This document shows positions 45,525 through 53,475 of a stretch of DNA of 64,000 nucleotides, piece by piece. A program made the translations under genes and the position numbers. The DNA lies in contig JBGQNR010000005.1 in assembly GCA_041501225.1 (NCBI GenBank), positions 3,661 to 67,660 of the forward strand, written 5' to 3'. Source of the DNA: Acidobacteriota bacterium. GTDB lineage: Bacteria > Acidobacteriota > UBA6911. The notes under the pieces are model-generated. The model saw only the letters and a list, made by a program, of their open reading frames with translations, did no database searches and was not told where the DNA came from. Numbering within the stretch: position 1 is the stretch's first letter; every line of letters begins with the position of its first letter.

Positions 45525-46499
45525 TTACGAGAGGCTCTTGGCCTTTGGGTCATAGAAAATCTGGTTTTGATACGTCGTCCGGATTCTATCCAGTTCGTTG
45601 GCGGTTAAGGCAGATAATCCCACAGCGGAAGAATTCTCTATGACTTCCGTGCAGGACATCATTCCCGGAATGACCGTCGAGACGCCCTCTTCTGCCAGAC
45701 AAAACTGCAGGGCCAATTGGACGAGAGTTCGATTCGTGCCCGCGTTGAGAGGATTGAATAGTTCCGGAGCCCGAGCCCAACGCCGCAGCTGCTCGCGGGG
45801 CCAATTAGCCCGGTGGTCGCACCCCTTGAATTCCTCATCGCCCGTGAGCTTGCCGGAAAGGTATCCGAAACAAAGGGGCGTCCTCGCAACGACGCCGACC
45901 TTTTTTTTCCGGCAAATATCGAACAGCCCGCAGTCGATAGCCCGATGGTCGATCAAATTGAAGTTCACCTGCACCGCGCCAAAGCCATACTTCTCCATGG
46001 CGATCAGGGCATCCGCCGGGGAACGCGCAGAAATACCGTAGGCGCGAATTTTCCCCGCCTGTCGCAGGCATTGCAGCGTGTCTATTATCTCGTCCCAATT
46101 GGGTAGGTCGATCTGAGGGCTGTGCAATTGATAAAGATCGACACAGTCGGTCCGGAGACGCCGCAGGCTGGCATCGATTCCGCTGCCAATTTTGGCTCGG
46201 GAGAAATCCTGAGGCATGTAAAAGCCACTGTGTGGGAGCGTACCTACTTTCGTGGCAAGGACTACCTTATCGCGGCATTTGAGGAAAACCTCGCCGAGGA
46301 TTTCTTCGCTGTGGCCGTTGCCGTACAGGTCCGAGGTGTCGAAAAACGTGATCCCGAGTTCGAATGCATGACGCAGTGCACGACAAGACTCGTCGTCATT
46401 CACCGGTCCATAGGAATCGCCGCCCAGGCCCCAGGTGCCAAAACCGATCTCGGAAACTACTAAGCCGGTGCGGCCGAGTTCACGGTACTTCATTTCCAT
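45525..46499 (-). CDS. aldo/keto reductase
   Basis: MKYRELGRTGLVVSEIGFGTWGLGG...FFDTSDLYGNGHSEEILG...VDLYQLHSP. Confidence 0.85.
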   Translation of the reverse strand: MEMKYRELGRTGLVVSEIGFGTWGLGGDSYGPVNDDESCRALRHAFELGITFFDTSDLYGNGHSEEILGEVFLKCRDKVVLATKVGTLPHSGFYMPQDFSRAKIGSGIDASLRRLRTDCVDLYQLHSPQIDLPNWDEIIDTLQCLRQAGKIRAYGISARSPADALIAMEKYGFGAVQVNFNLIDHRAIDCGLFDICRKKKVGVVARTPLCFGYLSGKLTGDEEFKGCDHRANWPREQLRRWARAPELFNPLNAGTNRTLVQLALQFCLAEEGVSTVIPGMMSCTEVIENSSAVGLSALTANELDRIRTTYQNQIFYDPKAKSLS

Positions 46500-46532
46500 G
46501 CTGCCTCCACGATTCTCCCCGATCCTGCGTTT

Positions 46533-47477
46533 TCAGAGACGGATGTTCCCCTTTTTGCCATAGTTATCACAGAACCAGCGAATGGTACTCTCTAATCCAA
46601 TCCGAAACGGCGTGTACCTAAACCTGGAGCGTTCGATGAAACGGGAATTGTCGGTGCTCTTCTTCTGAATGCCTCCGGGTTTGGAACTGTCGAATACAAT
46701 GCGGTCGGGTGAGATGCAGAGAATCTCTGCGATCATCCAGGCCGTTTCCTTGACGGAGTGTTCCTCGACGGATCCCACGTGCAGAATCTGCGGGTCATCA
46801 TAATGATCGAGGCACCAGAGATAGGCCCGCGCCATATCTTTTGCATAGGTGTACTCACGCACCGGCGAGCCATCTCCCCAGATGACGATGGGTTCATTCG
46901 ATTGGCGGCTTTCGCAAAACCGACGGATCAATGCTGCCACCATGACCGATTCTTCGGGCCGAAAGTTGGCTCGTTCTCCAAAAATGCCGTTGGAAACCAG
47001 GCCGATCACGTTCATCCCGTACTCGGTGCGGTAGGCCCGGATGCTTGGCTCAATCAGCCTCTTGGCAAAAGAGTAGCTATAATTCGATTCGTGCGGCGGG
47101 CCATCATGAATATATTCTTCCCGGATTGGATTGGGGGCGTCGACTGGGTACATCCCGGTAGAAAGCGTCAGGATGCATTTGGCCACACAATGCAGTCGGG
47201 CGGCTTCCAGAACATTGAGGTTCATCAAGACGTTGTCGCGGAGCAGGGTCGCCGGATGTTTTTGGCTGTATTGAATGCCCCCTGCCAGCGCCGCGGTGTG
47301 AATTATCGCATCCGGGCGGAAACGATCGACAAGTCCCACCGTGTCATCCAGCCGGGTCAGATCACAATCTCGGGAGCCGACAAACAGGAACTCCCCGCCG
47401 GGATATTTCCCCGAGACTGCCTGGATGGCGCTTCCCAACAGCCCGGTGCCGCCGGTAACGAGGATTTTATGATACAT
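46533..47477 (-). CDS. NAD(P)-dependent epimerase/reductase, GDP-L-fucose-synthase-like (SDR)
   Basis: KILVTGGTGLLGSAI, then a short N-terminal Rossmann domain followed by NYSYSFAKR (YxxxK) and ALIRRF. Confidence 0.7.
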   Translation of the reverse strand: MYHKILVTGGTGLLGSAIQAVSGKYPGGEFLFVGSRDCDLTRLDDTVGLVDRFRPDAIIHTAALAGGIQYSQKHPATLLRDNVLMNLNVLEAARLHCVAKCILTLSTGMYPVDAPNPIREEYIHDGPPHESNYSYSFAKRLIEPSIRAYRTEYGMNVIGLVSNGIFGERANFRPEESVMVAALIRRFCESRQSNEPIVIWGDGSPVREYTYAKDMARAYLWCLDHYDDPQILHVGSVEEHSVKETAWMIAEILCISPDRIVFDSSKPGGIQKKSTDNSRFIERSRFRYTPFRIGLESTIRWFCDNYGKKGNIRL

Positions 47478-47486
47478 ACTCGATGA

Positions 47487-48452
47487 TCATCCCTTTGGAG
47501 AGACCGCCGGAAAGATGAATTTCGGTTTGTCTTTGATTTCGTCATAATGTGCCGAATACCAGTTCACGGTCCGCTGGATTCCTTCCGCCAGATCCTGGTT
47601 CAGACACATTTTATATTTCTCCGCGAGCCTGGTCGTGTTCAGGAATTTTGACTGCACGCCGACATAACGCTGGGTATTGAAGAAAAGTTGGCTTTGGAAA
47701 TCGGCGGCTTTCCCGATCGCGAGCGCCAAGTCCCGGATCGATGTGCCTTTCCCGGGAGCCAGATTGAGGATCTCACGATCCAGGCGCGGAATCAGGTCGA
47801 GCAAGGCACGGACAAAATCCTTCACGTATAGGAATTCGCGTATTTGCGATCCATCCCCCCAGATTTCCACCATCGGCAGATGCTCCCGCGTGGCGCGAAC
47901 GAATTTGGCGACGAGGGCGCCACACACATGGGCGGTATCCGCGTGAAAATCGTCGTGTTCGCCAAAGAGAGTCGGCGGGATGATATAACTCCCGTTCATG
48001 CCGAACTGGTCATTGTAGGCCAGGATGCCGGTGTATAGGAGGCGCTTGGTGAATGCATAGGAATAGACGCTCCCGTGAATCTCTCCGTCCAGGAAGCTGG
48101 CTTCTCGCAAGTCGTCCAGTCGGCTGGGGTAGGCGCAGGAGGATCCCATGGCAATTAATTTCGCCTGGGGAGAAAATCTCCTCCATGCCTCCAGCACATG
48201 GGTGTGAATCAAGCTGTTGATGCGGAACTGCTCTGCCGTATGTTTCGCCGGGAAATCTCCGGCAGCCTGAAAACAGGCGAGGTGGAGTATGACTTCCGCA
48301 CCGTCATTCTGCGCAAACACAGCGTCGGCCTGCTCTCGGATCGTCAAGTCGAATTGACTTTTTGAGAATACAACAAAGTCGGCCTTTCGACTCTCCAGCT
48401 CTTCCTGGAGGTGCCTGCCGATGAAACCAGTTCCGCCTGTCACAAGGATCAT
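47487..48452 (-). CDS. NAD(P)-dependent epimerase/reductase, GDP-L-fucose-synthase-like (SDR), second copy
   Basis: MILVTGGTGFIGRHL, SSCAYP, VYSYAFTKR and ALVAKF. The start overlaps the upstream stop (ATGA at 48449..48452). Confidence 0.7.
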   Translation of the reverse strand: MILVTGGTGFIGRHLQEELESRKADFVVFSKSQFDLTIREQADAVFAQNDGAEVILHLACFQAAGDFPAKHTAEQFRINSLIHTHVLEAWRRFSPQAKLIAMGSSCAYPSRLDDLREASFLDGEIHGSVYSYAFTKRLLYTGILAYNDQFGMNGSYIIPPTLFGEHDDFHADTAHVCGALVAKFVRATREHLPMVEIWGDGSQIREFLYVKDFVRALLDLIPRLDREILNLAPGKGTSIRDLALAIGKAADFQSQLFFNTQRYVGVQSKFLNTTRLAEKYKMCLNQDLAEGIQRTVNWYSAHYDEIKDKPKFIFPAVSPKG

Positions 48453-49453
48453 GGTGCCAGCATCTCTTTGATTTTTGCCGCGATTTTTGCAGTGGATGGA
48501 TAGAAACACTTTTCTAAAACACCGCTAGCCGGCATCGAACATTCGGGAAAGGTGAAGCGCCGGACGGGTGCCTTCAGGTATGGGAAGGCCTTTTCGGCGG
48601 CCAACGCACAAACTTCCGCGGCAAAGCCGCACATCGGGAAATCATAGTCCACGACCAAGAGACGCCCGGTCTTTTTTATCGAGTCGATGATCAATCCGTC
48701 GTCGAGAGGTTTCAGCGTTTGCGGATCGATCACCTCCACATCCAGTCCATGCTCTTCGCAGGCATTGAAGGCGTCGATGGCGGCGATGGAGGTAGCCACC
48801 ACCGTCAACCGCTTCCCCTGTCGCATCACAAGCCCCTTCCCTAGAGGCAGCGTGTACATTTCCGGGGGCACATGGCCGGTGTTTTTGTACAGCCATCGGT
48901 GTTCGATGAAAATTACCGGGTAATCATCCTGGATCGAGGCGAGAAACAATCCTTTCACATTGTAGGGAGTGGAAGGCATCACGACTTTGAGACCCGGAAT
49001 GTGGGCGAACAGAGATTGCATGGAGCCGGAATGCTGAGCGCCTGATCCCCATCCCCGGCCGATAACGGCCCGAATCACAAGCGGTACCTTGACTTGACCC
49101 TGGGTCATGTAGCGCCATTTCGCGATGTAGTTCACGATCTGGTCCATGGTGAGCATCATGAAGTCGACGCGCAATTGAATAAAGATCGGGCGCATGCCCG
49201 ACAGTGCAGCGCCGAGCGCGACGCCGGTCATCGCGTTTTCCGATATCGGCGTGCCGATGATTCTGTCCGGATAGGACATGTTGTGCATGCTGCCGAAAAC
49301 GCCAAATTTATCGTTGGCGTCCAGGCCGATGGCGAACACGGATGGATCGAGAACCATCGCCTGGTCGATCGCTTCTCGGATGGAATCCTTGAAGCTGAGG
49401 ATCCGGTCGCCGTCGACTAGGTTCTGGCATTGAGGAATTCTGCTCCAGGGCAT
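48449..49453 (-). CDS. TPP-dependent 2-oxoacid dehydrogenase E1 component, beta subunit-like
   Basis: SFKDSIREAIDQAMVLDPSVFAIGLD...RIIGTPISENAMTGVALGAALSGMRPI...PLVIRAVIGRGWGSGAQHS is the transketolase pyrimidine-binding plus C-terminal domain pattern. Confidence 0.8.
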   Translation of the reverse strand: MPWSRIPQCQNLVDGDRILSFKDSIREAIDQAMVLDPSVFAIGLDANDKFGVFGSMHNMSYPDRIIGTPISENAMTGVALGAALSGMRPIFIQLRVDFMMLTMDQIVNYIAKWRYMTQGQVKVPLVIRAVIGRGWGSGAQHSGSMQSLFAHIPGLKVVMPSTPYNVKGLFLASIQDDYPVIFIEHRWLYKNTGHVPPEMYTLPLGKGLVMRQGKRLTVVATSIAAIDAFNACEEHGLDVEVIDPQTLKPLDDGLIIDSIKKTGRLLVVDYDFPMCGFAAEVCALAAEKAFPYLKAPVRRFTFPECSMPASGVLEKCFYPSTAKIAAKIKEMLAP

Positions 49454-49454
49454 C

Positions 49455-50408
49455 TTACACCTCCCTCACGAGATCGGATTCGTTCGGGAAAGGGCTGTTC
49501 AGTGAAAACTCGATGGCCTCATCAATCTCCGCCTCCACCGCAGCGATCATTTCCTGAATCTCGTCGGAAGAGACGATTTGATTCTCCCGCAGCGTGTCTT
49601 CGAGCTTTTTGATAGGGCAATCACGTGCCCGATCGACGGGATTATATGCTAAGTCATCCACTTCCACCCCTTGGTGCTTCATCCAACGTTTGGTCGTACA
49701 TCGCAAAAACATCGGGGCCCGGTTTGATCGGACGTAATCCGTCGCCTGCGCGGCGGCATGGTAGACCGATAGAACGTCCGTGCCGTCAGCGCACGCGACG
49801 GGCATGAATTGGCGGGCGACGTTTTCGATTTCCACGAAAAGGTGTTCCGACTTGGGCATGACATTCGAGAGGGCATTGTCTTCGCACACCAGGAGAACGG
49901 GGACCCGTTTGAGTGCCGCGAAATTGATGCTCTCCCAGAATACGCCGGCATCCATAGCCCCATCGCCGAAGCAGGAGACCGAAATCCAGTCGGATCCTGT
50001 GAGCTTAGCGGCCAGAGCCGATCCAACCCCCAGGGCAATGCTACCACCAACGATCGAAGAGCTGCCCAGCATGCCGTTCGGCACGTCCACGAGGTGCATG
50101 GACCCCCCATACCCGCGCGCGCACCCTGTGGTTCTGCCGTATAGTTCCGCCACCAGCTTCTTCATATCCATCCCTTTTGCCAGGGCGGGGCCGTGGGAGC
50201 GGTGCCCGAAGAAGATTTTGTCGGCCGTAGCCAAGTGGGCACAAACGCCAACGGGAACCGCTTCCTGCCCAATGTGCAGATGGACCGGAGTCACCATCAC
50301 GTCCGTCGGGTAGATCGTTATGATTCTCTCTTGGAGCTGGCGGATCTCCCGCATTTTCCGCAGCAACCGGAGGGAGATGTCACGCGGAGGGATCGTGGGA
50401 TGTTGCAT
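49455..50408 (-). CDS. TPP-dependent 2-oxoacid dehydrogenase E1 component, alpha subunit-like
   Basis: HLHIGQEAVPVGV...GYGGSMHL...SCFGDGAMDAGVFWESINFAALKRVPVLLVCEDN is the TPP-binding GDG..N motif. Confidence 0.8.
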   Translation of the reverse strand: MQHPTIPPRDISLRLLRKMREIRQLQERIITIYPTDVMVTPVHLHIGQEAVPVGVCAHLATADKIFFGHRSHGPALAKGMDMKKLVAELYGRTTGCARGYGGSMHLVDVPNGMLGSSSIVGGSIALGVGSALAAKLTGSDWISVSCFGDGAMDAGVFWESINFAALKRVPVLLVCEDNALSNVMPKSEHLFVEIENVARQFMPVACADGTDVLSVYHAAAQATDYVRSNRAPMFLRCTTKRWMKHQGVEVDDLAYNPVDRARDCPIKKLEDTLRENQIVSSDEIQEMIAAVEAEIDEAIEFSLNSPFPNESDLVREV

Positions 50409-50427
50409 ATTGCATTCGCCTTATTCA

Positions 50428-51519
50428 CTAGGTTGTGCCGCATTCTTTCGTTTGCAGCCGGATAGCGAGATCGGACTCACGGAACGCTTCAATCGGACGG
50501 TTTTCCCTGTCCTTTTCCTCGACGGAATAGTCCTGTTCCGGGTCGAAGAAAATGATCTGGCTGCCGGAGAACGAGATGCAGAAGGGTACATATAGCAGTT
50601 TAGACAAACGTTCCCGCACCGCAACCTGGCAGGAAGGAGGCACGAAAAGAAGCATGAATCCGCCACCTCCGGCTCCGGTCAATTTCCCGCCGATCGCTCC
50701 GGCGGAACGGGCTTGCTGATACAGCGTATCCACGTCACCATTGGAAACCTGATCGCTGAGGCTTCGTTTCGTCTCCCAGCTTTCATGGAGGAGTTTACCA
50801 AACAAGGAAATATCCTGCCCGCTGCTGATGACGGAAAGTCCTTCATCCACCATATCCCGCAGGATGCGCAGTTGGCGCTTCCGTTTCTCGATTTCCCGTG
50901 TGTACGTGTGTGCGACTTCTGCGGCGGTGCGTGTAATACCCGTATAAAACAACATCAGGTAAGATTCCAGTTCCCGGAGGCGCTCCTTGGTGATGGTGAC
51001 CGGTTTGATGGAGATTTCTCCATTCTGCAGAAATTCGATATGGTTGAGCCCGCCGTAGGCAGCAATGACCTGATCCTGGGATCCTACGTTTTCCCTCATG
51101 ACTTCCTGTTCGATATAGATGCTCTCCAGCGCAAGCTTCCGCTTGCCCGGCATCTGCCCCTGGAGCGCATAAAGAGCGTGCAATAGCCCTACGGTGAACG
51201 AGGAACTCGATCCCATGCCGCTGCGCGCGGGCAGATCGCCCTGGTGATGGATTTCGATTCCGCGCTCAATCTTTAGATACTTCAATATGCCCCGCACGGC
51301 CGGGTGAAGAATCTCTTCCAGAGACATGCAGTTCTCAATTTTCGACCAGACCACACGATACCTGTATTCGAAAAACGGCGGCAAATGTCGACAGGTCAGG
51401 TAAGCGTATTTGTCGATGGAACAAGCCAGAACGGCACCGCCGTGATCACGATACCAGACCGGGTAATCCGTTCCGCCACCGAAGAATGAAATACGATAGG
51501 GTGTTCTACTGATGATCAT
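50428..51519 (-). CDS. GHMP-family sugar kinase (HddA / heptose-7-phosphate-kinase-like)
   Basis: IISRTPYRISFFGGGTDYP...GDLPARSGMGSSSSFTVGLLHAL...GKLTGAGGGGFMLLF. The ATG at 51519 has RBS aggaaagga. Confidence 0.8.
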   Translation of the reverse strand: MIISRTPYRISFFGGGTDYPVWYRDHGGAVLACSIDKYAYLTCRHLPPFFEYRYRVVWSKIENCMSLEEILHPAVRGILKYLKIERGIEIHHQGDLPARSGMGSSSSFTVGLLHALYALQGQMPGKRKLALESIYIEQEVMRENVGSQDQVIAAYGGLNHIEFLQNGEISIKPVTITKERLRELESYLMLFYTGITRTAAEVAHTYTREIEKRKRQLRILRDMVDEGLSVISSGQDISLFGKLLHESWETKRSLSDQVSNGDVDTLYQQARSAGAIGGKLTGAGGGGFMLLFVPPSCQVAVRERLSKLLYVPFCISFSGSQIIFFDPEQDYSVEEKDRENRPIEAFRESDLAIRLQTKECGTT

Positions 51520-51643
51520 AATTCCTTTCCTTTGCACGCGGTACTCGTGATGGTACATGTGCGTTTGATACCTGACACTGCTGTCCGGGGTATGAGCGAT
51601 CTACGGGATCCCACCGGCGACCAAAGACTCCCTGATACGGAAC

Positions 51644-52363
51644 TCAATCGCAAGCCAAAAACCCGGGAGCCATGCCATAGGTATCCGGCGTGCCGATATC
51701 AAGAAACCGGACGAAACTCCGATATCCATAAAATGCCCGTCCGATCCACGAGGGAAATATGTCGCGTTCGATCGACAGGGGAACATGAGCCGGCATGGCT
51801 TCGATCCAGGATCTTGCAATCAAGTACACGCCGGCATTAATCCATCCCGGTCCGCCCTCGTTCTTTTCGCGGAATGACTGGATCGCTCCCACAGCATCCA
51901 CTAGGACTTGCCCGTAGCGGCTCACATCGTCAACCTCCGCCAGGAGCAAGGAAGCGCCCGCGTTCCGCTCGAGATGCCATGCCCAGAAGGCGACGAAATC
52001 CGCTTTGGCGATCGAATCGCCGTTCATGACCAGAACGTATCGGGATTGGATCCTCGCCAGTGCATGACGCAGAGCTCCTGCGGTTCCCAATGGGGTAGGC
52101 TCTTGGGAATACAACAACTGCCGGCCAGCATATGTGTCCCCCAGCACGGCGCGCACCTGATCTCCGCGATACCCGGTACAGAGTACAATGCGGGTAATCC
52201 CGGCTGTGGCTACCTGGTCCAGAAGATAAGTCAGAAACGGCTTTTGATTTACCTCTGCGAGCACCTTGGGGCGGTCCGCGACCGCCGAGCGCAAACGAGT
52301 TCCCAATCCGCCCACCAGAATTACCGCCGTCGCGTCCGACAAATTTTCCGCAGTTTTACACAT
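51644..52363 (-). CDS. sugar-1-phosphate nucleotidyltransferase (HddC/GMP-like)
   Basis: AVILVGGLGTRLRSAVADRPKVLAEV..KPFL is the N-terminal G-x-G-T-R-L signature. There is an 8-nt overlap with the upstream gene. Confidence 0.8.
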   Translation of the reverse strand: MCKTAENLSDATAVILVGGLGTRLRSAVADRPKVLAEVNQKPFLTYLLDQVATAGITRIVLCTGYRGDQVRAVLGDTYAGRQLLYSQEPTPLGTAGALRHALARIQSRYVLVMNGDSIAKADFVAFWAWHLERNAGASLLLAEVDDVSRYGQVLVDAVGAIQSFREKNEGGPGWINAGVYLIARSWIEAMPAHVPLSIERDIFPSWIGRAFYGYRSFVRFLDIGTPDTYGMAPGFLACD

Positions 52364-53297
52364 TTTTGAACGGCGCCCGCCCCAGCATCCGGTACCCCTT
52401 GAGGAGTTCTTGAATCCCGACATCCAACGAACGGCGCGCCTGGAAGCCAGCTTCCTTCAATCGCCGATTGGACACGATGTAATCGCGTTTGTCGGGATCA
52501 CTTCCCACGGGAGCGAAGTGTATATAAAATCGGGGCACGTATTCCTTGACTTTCAAAGCGAGCTCTTCTTTCGAGAGATTGGCCTCGTCGAGCCCCAGAT
52601 TGTAAGGGCGACCGACCATTTCTGAAGAATGCGCAATGCAATGGAGGAAGCAGTCTGCCACGTCACGAATGTGGATGTAGTTGCGTTTGGCGTCTTTTTC
52701 GAAAATGACGATGTATCCATCGGTCACGGATGCGTAGACAAAATGATTTACCAACAGGTCGAGCCTCATCCGGGGAGACATTCCGAAAACCGTGGCCAGT
52801 CGCAGCGTCACGGTGTTCGGACTGTCCAATAGTTCTTTTTCTGCCTGGACTTTGGTTTGGCCGTAAAGCGAGATGGGCTCGAGCGAGGTATCCTCCGTGC
52901 AAAACCTGTCACCCGATTGGGTGCCGTAGCCGCTATTGGTGTTCGGGTATATGACCAGCTGTTGCGGGCTACGCAATCGATTGACGAGCCGAACCGCTTC
53001 GAGGTTGATCGATCGCGCCATCCAGGGATCTCGATCGCAGGCCGGTGCGCCGACGAGGGCCGCCAAGGGGATGATGACATCGGCATTCTTGATGCACCGG
53101 CTCATCAAAGATTCGTCGCGGGCATCTCCGAATACAAAATCAAAACCCGGCTGCGCACAATGTTGGAAAAGCGTATGCTGCGAGTAGTAGAGGTTGTCGA
53201 CCACCGTGACCTGATGGCCTGCCTGGAGCAGGTGTTCGCATAAAATGGAACCCAGGTATCCTGCGCCGCCTGTGATCAAAACTCGCAAATCCATCAT
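52356..53297 (-). CDS. NAD-dependent sugar epimerase/dehydratase (SDR)
   Basis: VLITGGAGYLGSILCEHLL and the catalytic YxxxK LYGQTKVQAE. Confidence 0.8.
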   Translation of the reverse strand: MMDLRVLITGGAGYLGSILCEHLLQAGHQVTVVDNLYYSQHTLFQHCAQPGFDFVFGDARDESLMSRCIKNADVIIPLAALVGAPACDRDPWMARSINLEAVRLVNRLRSPQQLVIYPNTNSGYGTQSGDRFCTEDTSLEPISLYGQTKVQAEKELLDSPNTVTLRLATVFGMSPRMRLDLLVNHFVYASVTDGYIVIFEKDAKRNYIHIRDVADCFLHCIAHSSEMVGRPYNLGLDEANLSKEELALKVKEYVPRFYIHFAPVGSDPDKRDYIVSNRRLKEAGFQARRSLDVGIQELLKGYRMLGRAPFKNV

Positions 53298-53475
53298 TCA
53301 CTCCATCGCGTCATTCGACTGCAATGACGCATGCCTCCAAAATGCGATAGTTTTCCGCAATATCTCACAGAAGAAGGCATATTGCAATCACCACAAGGAG
53401 CCCTTCGCCTGCGGGATCCCTATTGGGAAAGGTTGATTCGCACCTGCCGCGGTTCGCATCGCAAGTTGCTGTTCC

